Assembly: GCA_963782975.1 (NCBI GenBank)
Contig: CAWALT010000002.1
Location: 266,533 to 330,532 of the forward strand
Direction of reading: 5' to 3'
Source of the DNA: an uncultured Alphaproteobacteria bacterium
GTDB taxonomy: Bacteria > Pseudomonadota > Alphaproteobacteria > 43-37 > CAWALT01
DNA length: 64,000 nt
This document shows, in pieces, positions 31,444 to 42,699 of this stretch. The first letter of the stretch is position 1. Every line of letters starts with the position of its first letter. The notes under the pieces are model-generated. The model made no database searches, was not told where the DNA came from, and worked only from the letters and a program-made list of their open reading frames with translations. Made by a program: the position numbers and the translations under genes.

Positions 31444-31470
31444 AAAACCCCTCCTTGTGAGGGGTTTTTT
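31444..31470 (+). terminator. Intrinsic terminator
   Basis: aaaacccctc-cttgt-gaggggtttttt. Confidence 0.85.
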
Positions 31471-31753
31471 GCATTTAAAGGCCTGCATAAGAAGGCGGTT
31501 AGCCGAAGAGTTAATATAAACCATGCCTGGCTACAATAAGATTCTGGTTTAGAAGAGATCTTCTCTCCTACCCACAGCAGGGTTGAAAGAGGCTATTTGG
31601 AAGGGGAAGGATCCTTCATGCGGATAGCATATAAAAAGTTAAAGGAAGGCTGCCCCTTGATGTTTGATGCGTCTGATAGATAGAGGCGAAACCTTCAAGA
31701 GGCAAGGTTCTTCTCCCCTATTATCTTTAGGCGGCTTTTCCGCTCATCGTCCT

Positions 31754-32605
31754 TAGGGCCAGTCTTCATGAGATTTCTGCCCCCCTAATGTGCTCTAATT
31801 TGTAGTGTTGCTATGAAGGAGGATGTGTTTTTAGCGTACCTCGTGGCTATTCCCCGCCCTTCTTTAAATTTCTGACAGGTATTTTCTAGGATAGGCCTTA
31901 AAGCCTATAGATAGCTATCAATGTCTCTTGGAATCTTTCTGTTTCTTTGAGAGGGAATTCTGGATTTATACTTGATTTTTCCGCCGCTTCAACTCTCTTA
32001 TGTGTCTCCTACGCCTTATCTGCTATAAGGTTTTCAGCCTATATATCTTCCGTTAATTTATCCGCTTGAGGGCCGTCATTTTTGGAGGCCTGCGTAACAA
32101 TAAGTCTGACCAGCAGACCCTGCGCCTCCACGGCCCTAGATACCGTGGTGTTGAGCCCCCTTTTGTACGGCGTATCGTCTGATTTTAGCTCCTGATGCCA
32201 ATGTAGGCGCTTTGGCCAACGTCGAATCTATCCTTAGCCACTCAAAGTCAGGCTCACATATCCGCACCTCTCATAAACTCTCCCATACACCTTTATCTCG
32301 CCCTCGCCAACACCTTCTATGCGGGTTTTTCCCCTCACCCTAATTTGCTAGGAAATCTCTCCACGGCGCTCCCGTCCTTACTATCCCTCATACCGCCTTT
32401 ATCAAAGCTCTGTTATCCTTAGCAATACCGCCCCAACTACCTTGCTTCCCAGATAAATGACTCTCTATCTTTGACCAAACCTTATCGCTAATATCATGCC
32501 TTCTATGCGCTTGAACCCTATCACCTACACCCTTTCTAGGGCTCATAGCAGGCATAAAAACATTTATATCATCATACATCCACTATCTCATGACGACAGA
32601 CCCTA
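31754..32605 (-). mobile_element. Degraded IS5-family insertion sequence
   Basis: Ends TAGGGccaGTCtTCATGAGAT / ATCTCATGAcGACagaCCCTA (18/21 match, including the flanking TA); transposase remnants RRHDISD..W, DNR..RTGAPWRD, IDST, IADKA, RGIATRYAK with many stops. Confidence 0.9.
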
Positions 32606-32717
32606 GGTTTCCTCTTTTCAGTAGAATGGGAAGTGTGGTTTTTGCCTTGATTCAGCGATTTTTACAGAGATGATTGCTTTTAGAAAGAGTGGGTGTAAGG
32701 TTGGAGGCATTTTTCGA

Positions 32718-32794
32718 TGGTCGGAGTGAGAGGATTCGAACCTCCGGCCCCTGCCACCCGAAGACAGTGCTCTACCAGGCTGAGCTACACTCCG
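32718..32794 (-). tRNA. tRNA-Pro(CGG)
   Basis: CGGAGTGTAGCTCAGCCTGGTAGAGC..TTCGGGT..GGTTCGAATCC..CCGACCA. Confidence 0.97.
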
Positions 32795-32930
32795 CTACAC
32801 GATATTCTCTATGAAGGAATGGCCACTTAAGAGACTTTCCCTTTTCTCGTAGCGCAATCTTTTTGTGTCCCATCCCCTCGAAAGCGAGGCATTAAAAATG
32901 TCTCTGTTCAGGAAGGTGCTTTCCTTTTAC

Positions 32931-33962
32931 TTAATAAGCGCGATTCAAGCAAAAGTCTACTAAATCTTTCAATAATAATTTGAGCGCACTATCTGGGAAA
33001 ACATTCAATGCTTCATAAGCTTTTTGTGCATATTGTTGTGCCGTTTTATGGCATTGAGTGCCGGCGCCTGTAGAATGGATGAGTTCTTGGGCCTTGGTAA
33101 AGTCTCCTTGCTCTTGCTCACGCTTTTGAAGGGTGCGGCGCCAAAAATCTTTTTCTTTTTCATTGCTTGCGGGATAGGCATAAATGACTGGTAAGGTCAT
33201 TTTCCCTTCTCTAAAGTCATTCCCGAGAACTTTACCAAATTTCGTCCCCGCCGCGGCATAGTCCAGAAAGTCATCGATAATTTGAAAAACAATACCAAGA
33301 GCGTGGCCGTATTGACGTAACGCATGGACGTGATGTTCTTGGATAGTTGGGCTGATAAGACCGCTTACTTCACACGCTGCACCAAAGAGTTTAGCTGTTT
33401 TTGCCTCAATAACTTTAAAATACGTGTCAAGCGATGTATCGATATTTCTTAAGGAACAAAGCTGAAGAACTTCTCCTTCGACAATGCGAGTAGAGGCTTT
33501 TGAAAGAACATTCAAGACGGGAAGTGATTGAGTCTCAACCATCAGCTCAAATCCTTGGGCAAAAAGAAAATCCCCTACGAGAATGCTCGCTTTATTGCCC
33601 CAGACATTATTCGCTGAAGGACGGCCGCGCCGTAACTTACTTTCGTCAATGACGTCATCGTGAAGCAAGGTGGCGGTGTGCATAAACTCAATGCATGCCG
33701 CAAGCTTAATATGAAGTTCCCCCTTATAGTCACATAAAGCCGCTGAGAGCAATGTTAGTAAGGGACGAATGCGTTTGCCCCCTGCATTAATGATGTGATC
33801 GGCTAACTCAGGAATGAGGTGGACGGAACTTTGCATGCGTTCGAGAATAAGATGATTAACTTTCTCTAAGTCCTGACCAACAAAGGTAAGAAGCTGATGG
33901 AAAATAGAAAGATCGTCCCCTTCTTGATGTCTTTGATTATTCGTCTGGGGTGCTATTATCAT
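32931..33962 (-). CDS. ispB: Octaprenyl/decaprenyl diphosphate synthase
   Basis: GGKRIRP, LLHDDVID, FQIIDD, GKMTLP. Confidence 0.93.
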   Translation of the reverse strand: MIIAPQTNNQRHQEGDDLSIFHQLLTFVGQDLEKVNHLILERMQSSVHLIPELADHIINAGGKRIRPLLTLLSAALCDYKGELHIKLAACIEFMHTATLLHDDVIDESKLRRGRPSANNVWGNKASILVGDFLFAQGFELMVETQSLPVLNVLSKASTRIVEGEVLQLCSLRNIDTSLDTYFKVIEAKTAKLFGAACEVSGLISPTIQEHHVHALRQYGHALGIVFQIIDDFLDYAAAGTKFGKVLGNDFREGKMTLPVIYAYPASNEKEKDFWRRTLQKREQEQGDFTKAQELIHSTGAGTQCHKTAQQYAQKAYEALNVFPDSALKLLLKDLVDFCLNRAY

Positions 33963-34072
33963 ACTTATCCCTTCGATCTATTTATTTCATTATGTCTCTT
34001 TTTAAAAATGGTAAGATCATGTACAGTTGAATGTAATTGATCTTCCTAAAAAAGAAAAGAAGTGAATTGTTT

Positions 34073-34846
34073 ATGACCCCTAAGGTGCCAACTGCTCCTC
34101 AGATGCTTATTATGAATACAACTCAAGATACCCTTTTAGGAGGGCGCGTTAAGATCTGCCAGCCGAGCGAAGGTTACCGGGTAGCTATTGACCCCATCTT
34201 TCTGGCGGCCTCCGTACCTATTCAACCGGGCGAGTCCATTTTGGACATTGGAACAGGCGTTGGGGCAGCTATATTATGCTTGGCTCACCGTGTACCTTAT
34301 GCGCGCATTGTTGGCCTTGAGATCGAGCGTCAACTCGTTCGCCTTGCCGCTTTTAATATTCAGCAAAACGGTTTCCAGCAATTTGTGGAAGTTCTTAACG
34401 GGGATTTAAGTCGTCCTCCCCCGCGTTTAGCACCGAGTACATTTGACCATGTGATGACCAATCCCCCTTTCTTCCAAGCTCATCAGGGAAGAGTACCGTC
34501 TAATTACCTTAAGTCGGTATCAAATGTGGAATTGACCGCTACCTTAAAAACGTGGGTAACAAGTGCGTTATTAATGGTGAAACCACAAGGGTCCGTTACG
34601 TTTGTTTATACGACGGATCGCCTGGATGAACTTTTGTATCATCTCCATGGGCGTCTTAAGAGTATTTCGATTTTTCCTTTGTGGCCGAAGGAGAATGTGT
34701 CGGCTAAGCGTGTCATCGTCCAAGGTGTAAAAGAAGGGAGAGGCGGCCTTAAAATTCTGCCCGGTCTTGTAATTCATAAGGAAGATGGGAAATACACCTC
34801 CCAAGCCGAGGAAATTTTGCGTCATGGTAAAGGCCTGACTATATAG
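34073..34846 (+). CDS. tRNA1(Val) A37 N6-methyltransferase-like
   Basis: LLGGRV..Q...GYR..ID..LAA, LDIGTGVG, NPPF; divergent from ispB. Confidence 0.85.
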   Translation: MTPKVPTAPQMLIMNTTQDTLLGGRVKICQPSEGYRVAIDPIFLAASVPIQPGESILDIGTGVGAAILCLAHRVPYARIVGLEIERQLVRLAAFNIQQNGFQQFVEVLNGDLSRPPPRLAPSTFDHVMTNPPFFQAHQGRVPSNYLKSVSNVELTATLKTWVTSALLMVKPQGSVTFVYTTDRLDELLYHLHGRLKSISIFPLWPKENVSAKRVIVQGVKEGRGGLKILPGLVIHKEDGKYTSQAEEILRHGKGLTI

Positions 34847-35013
34847 GATATCTTTGCTCGCCTGTGAAGGGAGACATTTTTGAAGATGACAGTAAGCTTT
34901 GTGGAGAGGGATGGGAGAGGGGAATAACTCCTTGACCGACAAGGCTCACTGTGAGTACTGTCAATTTATGATTAAAAGGTAAGGCGAGAGTCTCGCATGA
35001 AGTGTGTGACACG

Positions 35014-35883
35014 ATGAAAAGCTTCCAAGACATTATTTTTACCCTCGAAAAATTTTGGGGAAATTATGGTTGTGTAATCCTATCTCCTTATGATCTTGAA
35101 GTTGGTGCCGGGACTTTTCATCCCGCGACAATTTTTGGGGCACTGCGTGACCGACCCTGGAAGGCCGCTTATGTTCAACCTTGCCGACGTCCGCAAGATG
35201 GGCGGTATGGTGATAACCCTAATCGTTTACAACGCTATTACCAATTTCAAGTAATTTTGAAACCATCTCCAGAGAACAGCCAAGAGTTATATCTTAAAAG
35301 CCTTGAGGCGTTGGGGATCCACCCTCTTGAAAATGATATTCGTTTTGTCGAAGATGATTGGGAATCTCCAACGCTTGGAGCTTGGGGTCTTGGCTGGGAA
35401 GTTTGGTGTAATGGGATTGAAATTAGCCAATATACCTACTTTCAGCAGGTTGGCGGCATGGATTGTCGTCCTGTGCCGGTTGAATTGACCTATGGGCTTG
35501 AGCGTATTGCCATGGTGATTCAAGGTGTAAACAGTGTTTATGACCTTAATTGGAATGGCGGCGAAGGAGAGGAAAAAATCACCTATCGTGACGTTAGTTT
35601 CCAAGCGGAGCGGGAGTTCTCAGCGTATCATTTTGACTATGCCAGTACGCAAACCCTCTTTAAACATTTTCAAGATGCTGAGACGGAATGCGCTGGTTTG
35701 TTAAAGAGGGATCTGTCTCTGCCCGCTTATGACCAGTGTATGAAGGCCAGTCATATTTTCAACATTCTTGATGCGCGTGGTGTCGTTAGTGTGAACGAGC
35801 GGCCTAATTATATTGCGCGTGTGCGAGAAATGGCGAAGGAATGTTGTAAGGTGTATGTGGAGAGTGAGAAAAAAGGAAACTAA
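35014..35883 (+). CDS. glyQ: Glycine--tRNA ligase alpha subunit
   Basis: [35 protein letters not shown]. Confidence 0.98.
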   Translation: MKSFQDIIFTLEKFWGNYGCVILSPYDLEVGAGTFHPATIFGALRDRPWKAAYVQPCRRPQDGRYGDNPNRLQRYYQFQVILKPSPENSQELYLKSLEALGIHPLENDIRFVEDDWESPTLGAWGLGWEVWCNGIEISQYTYFQQVGGMDCRPVPVELTYGLERIAMVIQGVNSVYDLNWNGGEGEEKITYRDVSFQAEREFSAYHFDYASTQTLFKHFQDAETECAGLLKRDLSLPAYDQCMKASHIFNILDARGVVSVNERPNYIARVREMAKECCKVYVESEKKGN

Positions 35884-35896
35884 GGATACCCCCATT

Positions 35897-38011
35897 ATGC
35901 CGCAATTGATGATTGAGATACTATGTGAAGAGATTCCTGCCCATGCTCAAAAGCCTGGCTATGAACTATGGTATCACCTTTTAAGGATGAAACTTAGTGA
36001 AGCTGGTCTCCTGGGAATAGAAGCTGCTGATGATTTGCCTTCCTCTTTCCGCTATTATGTTACTCCTCAGCGTATGACGGTTATGTTTGAAGATGTGCAA
36101 CCGCACACCAAAGCCTTAAAGGAAGAAAAGCGTGGCCCGCGGCTGGATGCGCCGACTCATGCTATTGAAGGATTTGCCAAAAGTGTAGGGCTTCGTATCG
36201 AAGAGCTTATCACGCGAGAAACACCGAAGGGGGTTTTCTATTTTGCCAAATTGGATAAGCCGGCGCAGGCTATTGAAGAAGTGCTCCCTGGCCTATTCCA
36301 ACAAGCTCTTGAGGAAATGAAATGGCCAAAATCGATGCGATGGTCGACATATTCCCTCTCCTGGATTCGCCCGATTCGCCAAGTGTTAGGTATTTTCGAT
36401 GGGACAGTTATTGCTTTGGAGCCAAATTTTGCCTCTAATCAAACGCGTGGTCATCGTTTCTTGGCGCCCACTTATTTTTCTGTAAGTAATTTTGAGGAGT
36501 ACCAAGCAAAACTGAATGAGAATTATGTGATTCTCGATTTTGAAGAGCGGAAAAGTCTTATTAAAGAGCAAGCTGACGAGCTTCTTGCTAAGAAAAATGT
36601 ATGTTGCTTGTCGGACGAGGTACTGCTTGAAGAGGTTGCAGGCCTTGTTGAATGGCCATGTGTCTTATTGGGCACTATTGATGGTACGTATATGTCGCTT
36701 CCAAGTCGGGTGCTTACAACAGTTATGCGTCATCACCAGCGTTATTTTCCTACCATGAGGGCGCAAGGAGATTTGTCACCAACGTTTGTCATTGTCTCTA
36801 ATATGGAGAGTACTCGTCCCACTAAAATCATTCAGGAAAATGAGAGAGTATTAAGTGCACGTTTTGAAGATGCGCTTTTCTTCGTTAACACCGATTTAAA
36901 GAGAAGTCTTGAAGAGCATGCGCGAAAATTGACGAGTTTAGTATTTCATAAGAACCTGGGCTCGATGGCAGAGAAGGTAAGTGCCATGCAATCCCTAGCA
37001 AGCCATTTGTGGCCTATGTTCTCTGATTTGAACAACGTTGAAGGGAATTTAAAAGACGTCCATCGGGCAATTGAATTGATGAAGGCGGACCTTGCGACTC
37101 AAATGGTTGGCGAGTTTCCCGAACTTCAAGGGTATATAGGGGCTTTTTATGCGCGCCAGCAGGATGAGAAAGAGAGTGTAGCCCGGGCGATCGAGTTACA
37201 TTATGCCCCTCAAGGGCCTTCTGACGCCTGCCCTAAAGATCCTCTTGCGGTATTTGTTAGCCTGATAGATAAGCTTTTAACTCTTGTAGGCTTTTTTGCT
37301 ATAGGGGAAAAGCCAACGGGCTCGAAAGATCCATTTGCCTTAAGGCGTACAGCGCTTGGGATTATTCGGTTAATTATTGAAAATAAAATACGTTATCTCT
37401 CTCTTGATGATCTTATGCGTGCGACAATGGAGGTCCCTTTTATCCGGGATAAAGCTACTATTCATGTCCAGGAGCTTACCGCTCATTTAAAGGAATTTTT
37501 TAAAGAACGTTTAAAAGCTATGTTTAAAAACATGGGATTTCGTCATGATATGATTATGGCGGTTCTTTCCCAAGAAGATGCAGAAACCCATATGGTGGCA
37601 ACATTAGAGAAATTGGAAGCCCTTAACGTCTTTTCCAAGCAGCAAGATATGTTAGCGCTTCTTGTTGGTTATAAACGGGCTTGTAATATCCTTAAGCAAA
37701 GCGGAGAGGATAGCTCATTAACGTCGTTGTCAGTAGACATATCTCTCTTTCAAGAGGAGGCAGAGAAAGTATTATATGATGCCCTTACCCTCACTCATCA
37801 AAAAGTAACACATTTTCTTAGTTTAGTAAGCCCCGATTATCTTCAAGCCTTACATATGCTGGCTCACTTACGTGAACCAGTGGATCAGTTTTTTGATCAT
37901 GTCACAGTTAATGTGACCGATAAACCCATCCGGAAAAATCGGCTTATGCTTCTAGCATTAACGCAGAATGTTTTTGAAAAGGTCGCGAATTTTTCGACCA
38001 TTGAAGGATAG
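35897..38011 (+). CDS. glyS: Glycine--tRNA ligase beta subunit
   Basis: EEIPA, WPKSMRW, LVEWP, EFPELQG, GSKDPFALRR. Confidence 0.97.
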   Translation: MPQLMIEILCEEIPAHAQKPGYELWYHLLRMKLSEAGLLGIEAADDLPSSFRYYVTPQRMTVMFEDVQPHTKALKEEKRGPRLDAPTHAIEGFAKSVGLRIEELITRETPKGVFYFAKLDKPAQAIEEVLPGLFQQALEEMKWPKSMRWSTYSLSWIRPIRQVLGIFDGTVIALEPNFASNQTRGHRFLAPTYFSVSNFEEYQAKLNENYVILDFEERKSLIKEQADELLAKKNVCCLSDEVLLEEVAGLVEWPCVLLGTIDGTYMSLPSRVLTTVMRHHQRYFPTMRAQGDLSPTFVIVSNMESTRPTKIIQENERVLSARFEDALFFVNTDLKRSLEEHARKLTSLVFHKNLGSMAEKVSAMQSLASHLWPMFSDLNNVEGNLKDVHRAIELMKADLATQMVGEFPELQGYIGAFYARQQDEKESVARAIELHYAPQGPSDACPKDPLAVFVSLIDKLLTLVGFFAIGEKPTGSKDPFALRRTALGIIRLIIENKIRYLSLDDLMRATMEVPFIRDKATIHVQELTAHLKEFFKERLKAMFKNMGFRHDMIMAVLSQEDAETHMVATLEKLEALNVFSKQQDMLALLVGYKRACNILKQSGEDSSLTSLSVDISLFQEEAEKVLYDALTLTHQKVTHFLSLVSPDYLQALHMLAHLREPVDQFFDHVTVNVTDKPIRKNRLMLLALTQNVFEKVANFSTIEG

Positions 38012-38014
38012 AGA

Positions 38015-40729
38015 ATGACAAAGTGGGTGTATAGTTTCAATGATAAAAAGGCCGAAGGCAGTGCCCAGGATACCTTATTGTTAGGGGGGAAAGGCGCCAA
38101 TCTGGCTGAAATGAGCCGGTTGGGTATACCTGTTCCTCCTGGTTTTACGATTACCACCCAAGTCTGTACTCATTATTATCATAACAATCGGCAATTTCCT
38201 GCAGGACTGCGTGAGCAGGTATATGAAAAATTAGGAGAGCTCGAAGACTATCTTTGTCGGCGGCTTGGAGATACGGAAATTCCTTTGCTCTTGTCTATCC
38301 GTTCAGGGGCAGCTCAGTCAATGCCTGGTATGATGGATACGGTATTGAACTTGGGTTTAAATGACGAGACGGTTAAAGGGCTGGCTAAATTAAGCCAAGA
38401 TGAGCGCTTTGCTTATGATTGTTACCGCCGCTTTATTCAAATGTATGGCAATGTCGTTTTGGATATTGACCATGATCTTTTTGAAAATACTTTGCGTGAG
38501 GTAAAGTCGAACCTTAATTGCGTCCATGATAATGACTTAGGTATTGGTGACCTCCAACAACTGATAGCGCTCTATCAAAAGAAAATTATTGCTAAGCTGG
38601 AAGGCGCTCGGTGCCCGCAAGATGTGCATGATCAGCTATGGAATGCTATTGGAGCTGTTTTTGATAGTTGGATGAATCCTCGGGCGATGACCTATCGGCG
38701 CTTACATGACATCCCGCATGATTTGGGGACAGCGGTGACAATTCAGGCAATGGTTTTTGGAAACATGGGGGAGCACTCGGCGACGGGTGTGGCATTTAGC
38801 CGGAACCCTTCCACTGGGGTGAAAGAGTGTTTTGGTGAATATTTGCCCAACGCGCAAGGGGAAGACATCGTTTCAGGTATACGCACGCCTTTGCCTCTTT
38901 TCCTCAGTAGCGAAAAACATCAAAGCCTTGGCCCTTCTATGATCGAAAGGATGCCCTCTCTCGTTCAGCAATTAATAAAGGCTATGGATCAGCTGGAGCA
39001 CCATTACAAAGATATGCAAGATGTTGAATTTACGGTCCAGCAAGGTAAATTATGGGTATTACAGACGCGTAACGGGAAACGTAGCGCCTCAGCTGCTCTT
39101 AAAATTGCTGTGGATATGGTAAAAGAGGGGCTTATCTCTAAGGAAGAGGCACTCATGCGTCTGCCTGCCAAGAATCTGGAGCAACTTTTGCACCCTCGTC
39201 TGGATCCTTCTTATGCCCATGCTCAAGCGCTAACTAAAGGCTTGCCGGCGGCTCCAGGTGCCGCATCGGGGCGCGTTGTTTTTAAGGCCAAGCGGGTGGA
39301 AAAACTCGCAGCGAAGGGTGAGCCTGTTATTTTGGCACGTATAGAAACGAACCCGGATGATATCCACGGAATGATTGCCGCGAAGGGAATTTTAACGGCT
39401 TGCGGCGGAATGACAAGCCATGCTGCTGTCGTGGCCCGCGGAATGGGGCGTCCTTGTGTTGTTGCGGCGACGGCGCTTGTTATTGATTATGACGAGCGGA
39501 CTATGAGGATTGGGGAGACTCTTATTAAAGAGGGCGATTTCATCACGATCGACGGGTCAACAGGGCGCGTCATGAAAGGAAGCGTTCCTATGATTGAGCC
39601 AACTTTCTCAGAGGAGTTTAAAGAAATTATGGCGTGGGCGGACGACGTGCGTCGGATGAGAGTTTATGCCAATGCTGAGACCTTAAAAGAAGCTCAAATC
39701 GCCCAGGAATTTGGCGCAGAAGGGATCGGCCTTTGCCGGACAGAGCACATGTTTTTTGAGCCTGATCGTATTTTATGTGTTCGAGAGATGATTATGGCGA
39801 ATGATGGGGAGGGTCGCCGTGCTGCTTTGGCCAAAATTCAACCAATGCAACAAGAAGATTTCGTCAAGCTTTTTGAGGTAATGGCCGGTAAACCTGTTGT
39901 TATAAGGTTGCTTGACCCGCCTCTCCATGAATTTTTGCCTTCGACCGAGCATGATATCAATCAGCTTGCTGAGGTATTAAATGTATCTTCTTCCCATATT
40001 CGTCAGCGAATTCGGGATATGCATGAAGTTAATCCGATGTTGGGTCATCGCGGCTGTCGCCTTGGTATTACCTATCCTGAAATATATGAGATGCAAGCGC
40101 ATGCCATCTTTGAGGCAGCAAGCCAAGTATCGAAAGCTCAGGCTATTATGCCGGATATAGAAATTATGGTGCCATTAGTGGCTTATAAAAGAGAATTGGA
40201 TATCATTAAAGCGCAAATTGATAAAGGGGCAGAAAAGATATCAAAAGCTTATGAGACTTTCTTTAAGTATCGTGTAGGCACGATGATTGAGCTGCCGAGA
40301 GCTGCCTTAGCAGCGGGTGATATTGCTCAAACAGCTGAATTTTTTAGTTTTGGCACCAATGATTTGACGCAAACAACTTTAGGTTTATCGCGGGATGATA
40401 CAGCGCCTATTATTCTTGAGTATCAAGCCCAAGGGATTATGGAGACCGATCCTTTCCTCACGCTGGATGTGTCTGGAGTCGGCCTTTTGATTCGGCAAGC
40501 TATTGAGGCAGCGAGGACCACAAATGCTTATATAAAGTTGGGTATCTGTGGTGAGCATGGCGGTGACCCAGACTCTATCCGTTTTTTCGAAAGGGTAGGA
40601 ATTGATTACGTGTCATGCTCGCCCTACCGTATTCCTGTGGCCCGTTTAGCGGCGGCCCAGGCAACCATCACCGCAAAAGATGAAAGAGAAAGAGGACGCG
40701 AGCGTCCTCTTATCAAGTTGGTTTCTTAA
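38015..40729 (+). CDS. ppdK: Pyruvate, phosphate dikinase
   Basis: GGKGANLAEM, GGMTSHAAVVARG, GLCRTEHM, GTNDLTQ, CGEHGG. Confidence 0.98.
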   Translation: MTKWVYSFNDKKAEGSAQDTLLLGGKGANLAEMSRLGIPVPPGFTITTQVCTHYYHNNRQFPAGLREQVYEKLGELEDYLCRRLGDTEIPLLLSIRSGAAQSMPGMMDTVLNLGLNDETVKGLAKLSQDERFAYDCYRRFIQMYGNVVLDIDHDLFENTLREVKSNLNCVHDNDLGIGDLQQLIALYQKKIIAKLEGARCPQDVHDQLWNAIGAVFDSWMNPRAMTYRRLHDIPHDLGTAVTIQAMVFGNMGEHSATGVAFSRNPSTGVKECFGEYLPNAQGEDIVSGIRTPLPLFLSSEKHQSLGPSMIERMPSLVQQLIKAMDQLEHHYKDMQDVEFTVQQGKLWVLQTRNGKRSASAALKIAVDMVKEGLISKEEALMRLPAKNLEQLLHPRLDPSYAHAQALTKGLPAAPGAASGRVVFKAKRVEKLAAKGEPVILARIETNPDDIHGMIAAKGILTACGGMTSHAAVVARGMGRPCVVAATALVIDYDERTMRIGETLIKEGDFITIDGSTGRVMKGSVPMIEPTFSEEFKEIMAWADDVRRMRVYANAETLKEAQIAQEFGAEGIGLCRTEHMFFEPDRILCVREMIMANDGEGRRAALAKIQPMQQEDFVKLFEVMAGKPVVIRLLDPPLHEFLPSTEHDINQLAEVLNVSSSHIRQRIRDMHEVNPMLGHRGCRLGITYPEIYEMQAHAIFEAASQVSKAQAIMPDIEIMVPLVAYKRELDIIKAQIDKGAEKISKAYETFFKYRVGTMIELPRAALAAGDIAQTAEFFSFGTNDLTQTTLGLSRDDTAPIILEYQAQGIMETDPFLTLDVSGVGLLIRQAIEAARTTNAYIKLGICGEHGGDPDSIRFFERVGIDYVSCSPYRIPVARLAAAQATITAKDERERGRERPLIKLVS

Positions 40730-40916
40730 CAAGCCCAAGGGATAACCATCTACAAGACCCCCTTTCGGTGTCTGCTTCTTGAGGTTAAACATACCAGCAT
40801 AAGAGGCAGCTCTACGTAGTTCCTCTTCTTTTTCATTCGCAGGGCGCCGCTCGAGCCTTCAGTAAGGGTGTTGCCCCTGGTATTGCTCAAGCGACGAAGT
40901 AATATCCTTCCCTTGG

Positions 40917-41915
40917 TTAGTCGAGACGAAAGAAATTGGCCGTATTAGGCACATTTCTGGGAGTGTTGGTGCCAAAATGGCGGAGATGAAGTTTCCTCAT
41001 TTCCTCTTGGAGACGTGCTTGGCAAATAGCATTTTGCTTGCGATAACCATCTTTTGCCCCGGTTTGTTGATAATATAGGTCCGGGATTTGATCGTAGGAG
41101 AGGACCTCGGCATAAAAATCGAAGGAAGAGAGCTGTTCCTGAACTTGGCTGAGACTAGGGCCTAGGTACTCAGCATAAGTGATATAGGTCCCTCTATACG
41201 CAAAAATATCTTCTGCGCACGGATCAATGGAATAAAATTTAATCTTTTTCCCCCCATTTTTTATATCAAACGCTTCTTTGATGCGAACAGCGATCGACAA
41301 TTCACTCATCTCATATCGTCCTAAAGCAAAATCAGGATAGATGAGTTCCCCTTTTCTATTTCGTAGAGAATATACACGTGTTGCTACATTATCTTTTTTA
41401 ATTCCGAGGTCATTAATAAAAAAACTTTTAATATTTTTCACTTCTTCTCCAGGTGACATGTCTCCATATACGGATTGGAAATTGAGTTTTTCCCACATTA
41501 CTTCATCAAGGGCGGTATACAGGTGAGCATAAAGGTTATTTTTATTCGATAGGTCCAAATTCTCGCGAAGTATTTTTCCAAGAGACTCCATAGAGTTAAA
41601 AACATCCTTATGGAAGGTAATAAGATGAGTGCCATCAGTGACAGCAATCCCTACACAAGGTTTTAACGGCGCGAGTACGGCTACTTCATTATGATCTTTT
41701 TCTAAATTATAAACTTTGTAACCCCCTTGGTAGATTAAAGTTAAATGATCGCCTTCCTGTCTTTCATAATAAGGAAAAGGGAGAGTCACTTTAGTTACAA
41801 GACCATCACCCTGTAAATCCAGTTGGGCTTTCGCTCCCCACGTTACAGAGGTGGTTAAGTGAAGATGTGCCAATGTAAATATAGCAAGCAAAAGTATAGA
41901 TTTTATTTTAGACAT
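40917..41915 (-). CDS. Secreted hypothetical protein, possible CheD/CNF1-like deamidase fold
   Basis: Signal peptide; PLKPCVGIAVTDGTHLITFH; AGGAG RBS. Confidence 0.6.
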   Translation of the reverse strand: MSKIKSILLLAIFTLAHLHLTTSVTWGAKAQLDLQGDGLVTKVTLPFPYYERQEGDHLTLIYQGGYKVYNLEKDHNEVAVLAPLKPCVGIAVTDGTHLITFHKDVFNSMESLGKILRENLDLSNKNNLYAHLYTALDEVMWEKLNFQSVYGDMSPGEEVKNIKSFFINDLGIKKDNVATRVYSLRNRKGELIYPDFALGRYEMSELSIAVRIKEAFDIKNGGKKIKFYSIDPCAEDIFAYRGTYITYAEYLGPSLSQVQEQLSSFDFYAEVLSYDQIPDLYYQQTGAKDGYRKQNAICQARLQEEMRKLHLRHFGTNTPRNVPNTANFFRLD

Positions 41916-42284
41916 AAGAACTCCTTATAAATAAAAATAGATTCTTTTCCATATATAGGAGTTTTATTTTTCAATTACAAGACCCTTGAAAAAGCATTGT
42001 ATGTTACCCCTTCATTATTTTGTGAAGATTAGGCAAGGGGCGCTCTTTACCTATAAAGGGAGGGGGTGGTGCACACTCAGAAATATTTCTTTATCCTTCT
42101 TTCCTATCTGAGATTGGCTTTTTTAATGTTCCTCTTCTAGAAGTTTTTATTTAAAGATAAGGCAGCGGATCTTCATGAGAGAGAATACTTAGAGTAGGGA
42201 AAAATCAAAGAGTGAGTTAGGTCGAGCCGCGCCACCAAAAAGTGGCCAAGAGAGGTATAGGCGGATCGTCGAGCGCCTGATAAA

Positions 42285-42360
42285 TGGTGCCGGAAGTCGG
42301 ACTCGAACCAACGACCTACTGATTACAAATCAGTTGCTCTACCAACTGAGCTATTCCGGC
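42285..42360 (-). tRNA. tRNA-Thr(TGT)
   Basis: GCCGGAATAGCTCAGTTGGTAGAGC..TTTGTAA..GGTTCGAGTCC..GGCACCA. Confidence 0.97.
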
Positions 42361-42699
42361 TTTTTAGATGTTTTATTTTGAGGTTTTTTTTCTCACTGTC
42401 AATAGGTGTTATAGAAATCTTCCAGAAAAAATAAAAAAAATGGGAACCCTGCTTAATTTTTGTTTCTCTAATTTTATTGGTTTAGGCTTGCAAAAGAGAT
42501 ACTTCCCCCTAAGGAGCTTATTCTTTTTTAGCATTTTTAAAAGATTTTCCCCCGGCTTCGCAACCAGTGAATGAGAAAAGGGGCGCAATAAATTTGTTAT
42601 CTTTTTATTAATAATTTTTTTGGTATATTGTTCATGCTATTATAAGATGTTAAAAATGCATAAAAATGGCTTTCATATTAACAAATAACAGGGGATGGC

